51,443 nt of DNA. It comes from an uncultured Desulfocicer sp. (lineage in GTDB: Bacteria; Desulfobacterota; Desulfobacteria; Desulfobacterales; SURF-7). The translations under genes were made by a program, and so were the position numbers. Location of the stretch: positions 1 to 51,443 of the forward strand of contig CAYTGW010000002.1 in NCBI GenBank assembly GCA_964437395.1, given 5' to 3'. How positions within the stretch are numbered: the stretch's first letter is position 1; the number at the start of each line of letters is the position of its first letter. Shown here in pieces: positions 37,312 through 44,548 of the stretch. The notes below the pieces were generated by a model. That model saw only the letters and a program-made list of their open reading frames with translations. It did no database searches and was not told where the DNA came from.

Positions 37312-38547
37312 TTATGTAATTATAACGGTGATTGTGGTTACATCCGCTGCACCGTTTTTATCCGTTACCGTAAGTGTGATCAGATGTTCTCCAACAGAGA
37401 GAATTGATATACTGAAACTTGTTCCCGTGCCGATGAATCCATCCAGATCCGATGTCCATACAAGGGAAGCTCCATATAAATTGCCATCCTCGGCGTCAAT
37501 ACCGGTTCCGGTGAAAATCACTAAGGAACCGCTGGCATATGAAGATGCGGTGGCTGGATTGGTAATGGTTGCGGTTGGAACGGTATTCTCCACGGTAACA
37601 ATAACTGAATCGGTTCCGGTCGCACCATTGCTATCGGTTGCAACCAGGGTAATGGTATGGTCACCACTGGAAAGATAGGCTACGGTTGATGAATTACCAA
37701 TCCCAATCCTTCCGTCTTTATTGGAAATCCATTCCAGCGCTTCACCATCAAGAGAACCATCTTCCGTATCGGTTCCGGTACCGTTAAATGTAATGGACTC
37801 CCCTTCAAAAATCGACACGTCTGCAGATGGAACAATTATGGTTGCCGTGGGAGCTGTATTGCCGATTGTGATTATGACAGATGCGACACCCGTGGTATCC
37901 GCACTGTCAATGGCCTGAAGCTGAATGGTATGACTGCCTACTGACAGGGTGTTGGTCGTGAAGGCGTTTCCAATTCCAATCTGGCCATCCAGATTGGAAT
38001 TCCAGATCAATGAAAAATCTTTGAGAGATCCGTCTTCCGAATCGCTTCCTGAACCACTGAAGGTTATGTAATCTCCTTGGCTGAAACTGCTCGCAGTAAC
38101 CGGAGAAGCAATCGTAGCCGTCGGAATCGTGTTGCCTATCGGGTTCACAATTACATTTATGGCCGTACTTCCGGTTCCACCACTGGTATCCGTCACAGTG
38201 AGAGTGATCACATGTGTACCGTTTGATAAGGAAACATTCCGCATGGACGTACCGATGCCCAGCATGCCATCCTTGCTCGAATGCCATTCCAAGGCTCCTC
38301 CGGTCAGTGTTCCGTTTTCTGAATCGGTTCCGGACCCGGAAAAAGTAACTTTATCATTTTCACTGAATGCTGCATTATCTTCCGGAGTCCTGATCGTTGC
38401 TGTGGGTAATGTGTTGAGTCCCTGTGGTGTAATGGGTTCCTCCATTTCATCCCCACTCGTACCGATAATGCTGACCAGTCCGATTATGATTGCTGACCCC
38501 AACAGGAAACTACGAAAAACAGTATAGATAATTTTTTTGATTTTCAT
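37312..38547 (-). CDS. secreted/anchored protein made of four tandem Ig-like (Big/PKD-like) domains
   Basis: N-terminal hydrophobic segment (FRSFLLGSAIIIGLVSIIG), then four 88-94-aa repeats. Each repeat has PTATI...P......F..G..(I/V)TF(S/N/T)G(S/T)G.D.E(D/N)G.L....L.W.S..DG.(I/L)G.G.......LS.G.H.I.L...D..G. It lies 58 nt downstream of the FlgP-like gene on the same strand. Confidence 0.8.
   Translation of the reverse strand: MKIKKIIYTVFRSFLLGSAIIIGLVSIIGTSGDEMEEPITPQGLNTLPTATIRTPEDNAAFSENDKVTFSGSGTDSENGTLTGGALEWHSSKDGMLGIGTSMRNVSLSNGTHVITLTVTDTSGGTGSTAINVIVNPIGNTIPTATIASPVTASSFSQGDYITFSGSGSDSEDGSLKDFSLIWNSNLDGQIGIGNAFTTNTLSVGSHTIQLQAIDSADTTGVASVIITIGNTAPTATIIVPSADVSIFEGESITFNGTGTDTEDGSLDGEALEWISNKDGRIGIGNSSTVAYLSSGDHTITLVATDSNGATGTDSVIVTVENTVPTATITNPATASSYASGSLVIFTGTGIDAEDGNLYGASLVWTSDLDGFIGTGTSFSISILSVGEHLITLTVTDKNGAADVTTITVIIT
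37315..38409 (-). repeat. 4 x ~273-282-nt tandem coding repeats (Ig-like domains)
   Basis: PTATI starts at residues 48, 142, 233 and 324 of the 411-aa protein, giving periods of 94, 91 and 91 aa. The several long antisense ORFs across this interval are shadows of the repeat. Confidence 0.85.
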
Positions 38548-38605
38548 GATTTTGAAAACTCCTGTGTCTGTGTTTTAAGCGCACAAAAATCAAGATGAAG
38601 AATAG

Positions 38606-39277
38606 CTACTCTTCGGCAAGGGCTGACCCTGCCAGAGATCCTGCAGTTGCGCCAATGGCCATGGCACCGGGAGTTCCGCCCAAAGCATCTAGAGTGACGG
38701 AGCTCTGACCGAGTGCCGTTCCAGTAGCTGATCCTGCTGCTGCTCCGGCAGCACCACCACCCAGTGATCCCAAAAGGCTTCTTGAAAAAAATGAACCATC
38801 GTAAAACTTGAACTCTCGAGGCGCCATATATATTTTTACGGTTGCATTTGCCACTCCGTCTTTAAAGCTGACAAAATTCACCTGTGCTCCGCGGAGATAA
38901 GCATTTGTTTCACTGGTTACCTGGTCAACAGAAATGTTGTTATAACCCGCAGCAGAATAGGCATTGATGATCATCCCGGCCACCCGCTCTGAAATTTTTC
39001 GGTACCCGTCGATTACAGCAGCTCTTTCGGCCATCAATTTTTTCTGCTGAGGTGACCCGGTTTCAGGCTCGATTCCCTGTCCGCGGACACTGATCAAAAT
39101 TTTTTGCGAAGCTTCTTCCGGTTCCAGTCCTGGAATCAGATTTAACGCACTGTTGTTCATCGTGGTTTGATATTTTATAATTTCATGGCTGGTTGAACAT
39201 CCAGTAAAAAGCAGGAGTAAGGATACCATAAAGACTGGCATCCATTTACGTTTTGATACACCACATTCCATTTGCAT
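38606..39277 (-). CDS. flgP: FlgP/LPP20-family lipoprotein with a C-terminal Gly/Ala-rich (glycine-zipper-like) tail
   Basis: Signal peptide plus lipobox (KRKWMPVFMVSLLLLFTGC). LPP20-type core (GQG....Q.KLMAERAAVIDGYRKISERVAGMII......V..V.......LRGAQV......DG.A.ATVKI). AAGGAGA lies 7 nt before ATG 39277. A sigma54 promoter lies upstream. Confidence 0.7.
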   Translation of the reverse strand: MQMECGVSKRKWMPVFMVSLLLLFTGCSTSHEIIKYQTTMNNSALNLIPGLEPEEASQKILISVRGQGIEPETGSPQQKKLMAERAAVIDGYRKISERVAGMIINAYSAAGYNNISVDQVTSETNAYLRGAQVNFVSFKDGVANATVKIYMAPREFKFYDGSFFSRSLLGSLGGGAAGAAAGSATGTALGQSSVTLDALGGTPGAMAIGATAGSLAGSALAEE

Positions 39278-39341
39278 AGTCTGTTCTCCTTAAGAGATAT
39301 GGGTGATCCTTCAGTCAAATCAGGGCTTACAACAAAGGATA

Positions 39342-39356
39342 GCAAAGGCTGTGCCA
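39342..39356 (-). promoter_or_regulatory. sigma54 promoter (-24/-12), minus strand, for the flgP-like operon
   Basis: The reverse complement reads TGGCAC-agcct-TTGC(T), 65 nt upstream of ATG 39277. Confidence 0.72.
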
Positions 39357-39664
39357 TACAAAATATTATCAATTTTTCACATCATTTTAATTCGTTACAG
39401 AAATAACCCAGAAGAATCGCCCTTTCAGAATGCGGAAATTCATTCCAGGAACAGCAAGATTTTCCGGGAAAGTATGATCATCCATTGTATTGGGCAACCT
39501 GCCAACAAAAATAATGGAATTGAGTTTCTGGTTTCGTCATTATCTTGACATTGCACAAACAGGATTGACATGATTCCTCCTGCCCATGGATGATAATTTT
39601 TCCCTGAGTATAACAACTGACTGATAATGCATGACTTTTATTCATCCAACAAGCTGCATGGGCT

Positions 39665-39679
39665 TGGCATGGAGATTGC
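39665..39679 (+). promoter_or_regulatory. sigma54 promoter (-24/-12) for the motA operon
   Basis: TGGCAT-ggaga-TTGC(T), 88 nt upstream of the motA ATG. It is divergent from the 39342 promoter. Confidence 0.7.
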
Positions 39680-39766
39680 TTTTTGGTGATAGATAATAGA
39701 CATCAATCATGAAACAATTTTATTAACCTGCATAAACTTCCCAAGCATAATCGTAAGAGAAAAAAA

Positions 39767-40531
39767 ATGGATATTGCAACACTGCTCGGAACCATCTCCG
39801 CATTTGGTCTGGTAATCCTGGCTATTTATATGGGTGGTGGTATCTTACTATTCATTGATGCACCTTCACTCATGATCGTTGTTGGAGGAACATTCGGAGC
39901 AACCATGATCAACTATCCGATCCGGGATGTCCTCGGTGCTTTAAGAGTGGTAAAAAACGTCTTTTTCACAAACCCCCTGCCCATTGGAGAGATTGCCGGA
40001 AAATTTGTAACCTTTGCCGGAAAAGCCAGACGTGAAGGAATATTGTCACTGGAATCCGATCTCCAATCCATCCCGGATGATTTCTTAAAAAAAGGATTAC
40101 AGCTTTCTGTTGATGGAATTGAACCACAATCCATACAGGAAATTATGGAAACCGAAATCAATTTTTTACATGAGCGGCATCAGCTTGGAGCCGAAATATT
40201 TACAACCATGGGGTCATTTGCACCTGCTCTTGGAATGGTTGGCACCCTGATCGGACTGGTTCAGATGCTTCAATCCATGGATGATCCAAATTCCATCGGG
40301 CCAGCCATGGCTGTTGCCTTATTAACCACTTTCTACGGATCAATACTTGCAAATCTTGTATTTATGCCGGTTGCCGGCAAATTGCGAACCCGAAGCAAAG
40401 AAGAAATTCTGATAAAGGCAATGATTGTTCAAGGCGTTATCGCTCTTTCCCGTGGAGACAATCCACGACTGCTTGAACAAAAACTACTTTCATTCTTAGC
40501 ACCCAAATTCCGGGAAAGTGCATTTAAATAA
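39767..40531 (+). CDS. motA: flagellar stator protein MotA
   Basis: Four-TM MotA/TolQ/ExbB topology with the C-terminal motif GPAMAVALLTTFYG..LAN. 254 aa. Confidence 0.93.
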   Translation: MDIATLLGTISAFGLVILAIYMGGGILLFIDAPSLMIVVGGTFGATMINYPIRDVLGALRVVKNVFFTNPLPIGEIAGKFVTFAGKARREGILSLESDLQSIPDDFLKKGLQLSVDGIEPQSIQEIMETEINFLHERHQLGAEIFTTMGSFAPALGMVGTLIGLVQMLQSMDDPNSIGPAMAVALLTTFYGSILANLVFMPVAGKLRTRSKEEILIKAMIVQGVIALSRGDNPRLLEQKLLSFLAPKFRESAFK

Positions 40532-40586
40532 ACGTAAATCCTTCACAATGAATATTGTGACGCTATCCCGGACAGGAAGTCAATAC

Positions 40587-41342
40587 ATGAAATCGGAAAA
40601 AAAAATGAAAAATGCCCATTTTTTTTCAAATGGCAAGATGCTGCAGTTGATGACGATTTCTCTTTTTATCATTCTGCTTGTTTTTTTCATTCTGCTGAAT
40701 TCAATTGCTGTTAGAAATGAACAAAAAGTGGTTGCTGCCATTGGATCACTTCTCGGGAGTTTTGGTCAAAAAATGGGTGGAGATTCGGATATTGACGGAA
40801 CCGGTGAAAAAAATCCAATCCTCCCCGTAAACACTTACACCGGAGGAATCGACTTCTCCGACATCCTTGTTAACGACCCGATGCTTTTGCAGCAAATCAA
40901 AATTCTTACTGACCCGAGAGGCACTCTTGTCCGGATAACGGCAGACACCTTGTTTACCAATTTTGAAACAACGATCAACCTTTCCGGGCACCGGTTTCTG
41001 GATGGAATCACCAGGACAATACAGAACAATCGTTATCCAGTCGAGATTTCAAGCCATACCGACAACATTCCAATCATCAAAAACGAGGAAAAAACGAATC
41101 AGGAAGTCTCTGCCTTGCGTGCACTTCATATTCTTCAATATGTAACGGAAAGCAAAAACATTTCAGTTGATCGGATCACTGCTTTTGGCTGGGGAGAATA
41201 TCAGCCCGCTTATTCCAATCGAACCCTGGAAACCAGAAAACTGAACAACAGAATCGATATCCTTTTTGTTCACAAACCAAAGAAGCAAAAGCCAAAAAGC
41301 GGATTTATTTTTAAAGATTTCTTTTTCCGGTCATTTGAGTAA
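40587..41342 (+). CDS. MotB-like OmpA-domain protein lacking the conserved TM aspartate
   Basis: A single TM that aligns with the MotB channel helix but reads LQLMT where MotB has (A/G)D(F/L)(M/V)T. The OmpA-like C-terminus is intact (SHTDN, NQEVSALRA, NNRIDILF). The start is uncertain (40518, 40548, 40587 or 40605). Confidence 0.72.
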   Translation: MKSEKKMKNAHFFSNGKMLQLMTISLFIILLVFFILLNSIAVRNEQKVVAAIGSLLGSFGQKMGGDSDIDGTGEKNPILPVNTYTGGIDFSDILVNDPMLLQQIKILTDPRGTLVRITADTLFTNFETTINLSGHRFLDGITRTIQNNRYPVEISSHTDNIPIIKNEEKTNQEVSALRALHILQYVTESKNISVDRITAFGWGEYQPAYSNRTLETRKLNNRIDILFVHKPKKQKPKSGFIFKDFFFRSFE

Positions 41343-41357
41343 GGAATTTCAATAATC

Positions 41358-42104
41358 ATGCCATCATCGAAAACACCAAAAAGAATTGAATCTTCAAAAA
41401 TAAATTCGGATTTATGGATGCTCACCTTTGGTGACCTGGTTATGCTTCTTCTGACCTTTTTTGTTTTGCTTTTGAGCATGAAATCTTTGGACACAAAAGA
41501 TCTGAGAGAATTATTTCCAAATCCTTCTCTCTGGGGCGGTCCCCTGAAATATTCGGAAAACGGGTTAACCGGAAAAACCACGGATTTTTATGGTGATAAT
41601 AAAAACTCAATTTTTGTGGAAAACAAAGATGCCCTGAAACAAATCTTTATGATGATGAAAGAGATTCAACCATCTCTTACGGAAAAAGATGTGGTAAATC
41701 ATTTTAAAAAATCGATTCTCATCGAGGATGATCCCAAAGGAGTCGTGATATCATTCCAGACAGAACAATTATTCGAGCCAGGTGAAACGACCATCAATCC
41801 ATCCAAAATCGATTTCCTTAATGCTGCCGGAGAATTGTTGAAAAAAACAACGAACAACATTCTGATAATGGGACATGCAAGCAGCATTCAACTCCCAAAA
41901 CCTGCATTGAAATCAAGTTGGGATCTGACCCTGTATCGGGCACTTAACGTTCTGTATTATTTAACCGCAAATTTTGAATTATTGGAAAACAGACTCGCTG
42001 TGGGAGGATTTGGAGATAAAAAACCAAAATTTCCTGTTACGGAAGTAGAGAATCAAAAAAAAAATGACCGGATTGAATTTATTCTCATGAAAGCAACAGA
42101 ATGA
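41358..42104 (+). CDS. motB: flagellar stator protein MotB (canonical TM Asp present)
   Basis: WMLTFGDLVMLLLTFFVLLLS channel helix with the conserved Asp. OmpA-like C-terminus (GHAS.., SSWDLTLYRA, NDRIEFIL). 248 aa. Confidence 0.85.
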   Translation: MPSSKTPKRIESSKINSDLWMLTFGDLVMLLLTFFVLLLSMKSLDTKDLRELFPNPSLWGGPLKYSENGLTGKTTDFYGDNKNSIFVENKDALKQIFMMMKEIQPSLTEKDVVNHFKKSILIEDDPKGVVISFQTEQLFEPGETTINPSKIDFLNAAGELLKKTTNNILIMGHASSIQLPKPALKSSWDLTLYRALNVLYYLTANFELLENRLAVGGFGDKKPKFPVTEVENQKKNDRIEFILMKATE

Positions 42105-42203
42105 ATGGAGACATATTCATAATTTCACAACAGGATGGATCCCGCAAACCACAATTGCGATAATCATAATGATATTTGATCCGCAGATATTTCCGGAGGA
42201 ATT

Positions 42204-42713
42204 ATGGCTGAAGAAGAAATCAAGATCGGAGAGAAATCGAAAAAAAGAAGGATGCCCCCGCTAAAATGGATCATTGTCGGGATTGTCGGGGTGGCAATCC
42301 TGTCCGGAGGAATACTCGGCTATGTTTTACTGAAAAAGCCGACACACGAAACTCCCCATAAAACAACTACCTCTGAAAGTGTCAGCAAGGTCGATACTTC
42401 TGGAAACGATCTGTCTCAAACTTTTCCATTGGAAAAGTTTGTAGTAAACCTGAATGATCCGGGAGGAAAACAATATCTGCACATAACAATTGAACTGGAG
42501 TCAACGGTCAATGGTTTTGCAGAAGAGCTCAACTCAAAAATGCCTCAAATCAAGGATGCGATCCTGATCATCCTCAGCAGCAAATCACTTTCAGATGTCC
42601 AGGGCATGGATGGAAAAATTACATTGCGGAAAGAACTGATTACCGAAATCAATAAAGTTTTGAATACAACCAAAATCCGCAATCTGTATTTTACTGAATT
42701 TGTCATCCAATAA
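42204..42713 (+). CDS. fliL: flagellar basal body-associated protein FliL
   Basis: N-terminal TM, F.VNLND..GKQYL.I.IELE, and a C-terminal NLYFTEFVIQ. 169 aa. A GGAGGA RBS is present. Confidence 0.88.
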   Translation: MAEEEIKIGEKSKKRRMPPLKWIIVGIVGVAILSGGILGYVLLKKPTHETPHKTTTSESVSKVDTSGNDLSQTFPLEKFVVNLNDPGGKQYLHITIELESTVNGFAEELNSKMPQIKDAILIILSSKSLSDVQGMDGKITLRKELITEINKVLNTTKIRNLYFTEFVIQ

Positions 42714-42803
42714 ATTTGATTTAATGCTTTCATGAGGCTATTTCATGGGAACTGCTCGAAGATCGAATTGCATTTTGTATCGCACAAAGGATTATAAAAC
42801 CGT

Positions 42804-43781
42804 ATGAGTGAAATCCTATCGCAAGAAGAGGTGGACAGTCTATTATCTGGCTTAAGCGCCGGAAAAATCGAGACTGAATCAGATAGAACCTCGAAGGAGA
42901 AAAAAACCGACCTGTATGATTTTGCCAGTCAGGAGAGGGTTATCCGTGGCAGAATGCCAACCTTTGAGGTAATCAACGAGCGGTTTGCCCGTGAAATCAG
43001 AACAACCATGTCATCCTTGCTTCATAAAACCGTGGATATCAGTGCAGAAGCAATGGAAACCATGAAATTTACCGATTTCATCCGATCGCTCCCCGTCCCA
43101 ACCAGTCTTCACCTTTTCCGGATGGATCCGCTTCGGGGTCATGCCCTGATGGTCCTTGAAACCCAACTGGTCTTTAATCTGATCGATACTTTCTTCGGAG
43201 GAAAGGCCACCGGACAAGCCAAAATTGAAGGCAGAGATTTTACGACCATCGAAGAGACCATGGTAAAAAAAGTTGTAATCGCTTGTTTAAAGGACCTTGA
43301 AGAAGCCTGGGAACCGGTTGAGCCGATTAAAGCTGTTTTTGTAAAATCAGAAGTGAACCCGCAGTTTGCAGCCATTGTTCTGCCTTCTGATCTGGTGATT
43401 GTCACGAAGTTCGAAATCGAACTGGAACAATCCGCCGGAATGTTTATTGTTTGTCTCCCCTATGCCATGCTGGAACCGCTTCGAAGTACTCTCACTGCAG
43501 GATTTCAGGCTGAAACTCTGGATATCGATCATGCCTGGCAGAAACGGTTACGAGAAATCATTCTGGATTCAAAAGTAGATGTCAGTGTGCAACTTGGAAC
43601 TGTGCAGATCAATGGAGAACGACTTATCCATATGAAAAAAGGAGATATTATTCAATTAGAACAGGATGCTGACAGCCCCCTGATCGCAATGGTGGAAAAT
43701 TTCCCCAAACTGGAAGGCTATGCCGGCATCCAGAGAGGATTTCAGGCATTTCGAGTTGTAAAACAGATACCCTTAGAATGA
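42804..43781 (+). CDS. fliM: flagellar motor switch protein FliM
   Basis: MSEILSQEEVDSLL CheY-P-binding N-terminus, a CheC-like middle domain, and a SpoA C-terminus. 325 aa. Confidence 0.95.
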   Translation: MSEILSQEEVDSLLSGLSAGKIETESDRTSKEKKTDLYDFASQERVIRGRMPTFEVINERFAREIRTTMSSLLHKTVDISAEAMETMKFTDFIRSLPVPTSLHLFRMDPLRGHALMVLETQLVFNLIDTFFGGKATGQAKIEGRDFTTIEETMVKKVVIACLKDLEEAWEPVEPIKAVFVKSEVNPQFAAIVLPSDLVIVTKFEIELEQSAGMFIVCLPYAMLEPLRSTLTAGFQAETLDIDHAWQKRLREIILDSKVDVSVQLGTVQINGERLIHMKKGDIIQLEQDADSPLIAMVENFPKLEGYAGIQRGFQAFRVVKQIPLE

Positions 43782-43788
43782 GGTTAAC

Positions 43789-44121
43789 ATGAAAGAAGAA
43801 AACAAAACAGCATCAGCCCAGTCTGAAGACAGGTCGGCTACTGAAAAAGCTTCTGAAAGCACAGATCTTGATTTTATTTTAGATATCCCGCTTGAACTTT
43901 CCGTTGAACTGGGAAAAACCAAAATGCTGATTAATGACCTTCTTCAATTGGGTCAAGGCTCGGTTATCGAACTCAATAAATTGACTGGAGAGCCTCTTGA
44001 AATTTTCATTAACCGAAAACTTGTTGCCAGAGGAGAGGTCGTGGTTGTCAATGAAAAATTTGGTGTCCGGCTGACCGATATTATCAGTCCGCTTGAACGG
44101 GTAAGGAGTCTCGGTCAATGA
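43789..44121 (+). CDS. fliN: flagellar motor switch protein FliN
   Basis: SpoA domain (LDIPLELSVELGKTKMLINDLLQLGQGSVIELNKL.GEPL.I..N.KL.A.GEVVVV). 110 aa. Confidence 0.93.
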   Translation: MKEENKTASAQSEDRSATEKASESTDLDFILDIPLELSVELGKTKMLINDLLQLGQGSVIELNKLTGEPLEIFINRKLVARGEVVVVNEKFGVRLTDIISPLERVRSLGQ

Positions 44122-44522
44122 ACCCAGTCGATACTTCCGCACCCGCTGCTGTCATGCCTGATCTTTGGATCACCATGCTGAAAAGCGGTATTATGCTATG
44201 TATCGTTCTTGCCGTTCTTTTCATCGTTCTTTACTGGATTAAGCGAATCCTCGAAGGACAAAGCCGTTTTCGAGGTCAAGGCGTAATCAAACAGATTGCC
44301 TCTCATCATTTTGAAAAAAAAAAAAAAGTTGTATTGCTGGATGTTCTCGGTCAGAAAATTCTCATTGGAATCACTGCTCATTCCATCAATTGCCTGGCAA
44401 CGATTGAACCGGAAGTCGATATCCATTTTGCTGAACCCAATGAAGCCAAGGGATTTTTCAAAGGACTTTTAAAAGCTTCTGCAGAAAAAAATTCCGCTCA
44501 AAAGGAAAAGCATTCGGTGTAA
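44118..44522 (+). CDS. fliO: flagellar biosynthesis protein FliO
   Basis: Single TM plus the soluble segment KVVLLDVLGQKILIGIT. Located between fliN and fliP, with an ATGA overlap with fliN. Confidence 0.75.
   Translation: MNPVDTSAPAAVMPDLWITMLKSGIMLCIVLAVLFIVLYWIKRILEGQSRFRGQGVIKQIASHHFEKKKKVVLLDVLGQKILIGITAHSINCLATIEPEVDIHFAEPNEAKGFFKGLLKASAEKNSAQKEKHSV
44314..44327 (+). repeat. A14 homopolymeric tract inside fliO
   Basis: gAAAAAAAAAAAAAAg encodes E-K-K-K-K. It is the longest mononucleotide run I found in the window. Confidence 0.95.
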
Positions 44523-44548
44523 GCTGAATATCCGGAGAATTGAATTTC

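Noticed and set aside
37328-38527. Several long plus-strand ORFs (37328-37678, 37721-37918, 38129-38527) and an alternative minus-frame ORF (37907-38287)
   Set aside because: They are mirror or alternative frames of the 4x tandem Ig-like repeat gene. The repetitive, stop-poor codon composition keeps multiple frames open. Only the 37312-38547 minus frame gives a signal sequence and coherent domain repeats.
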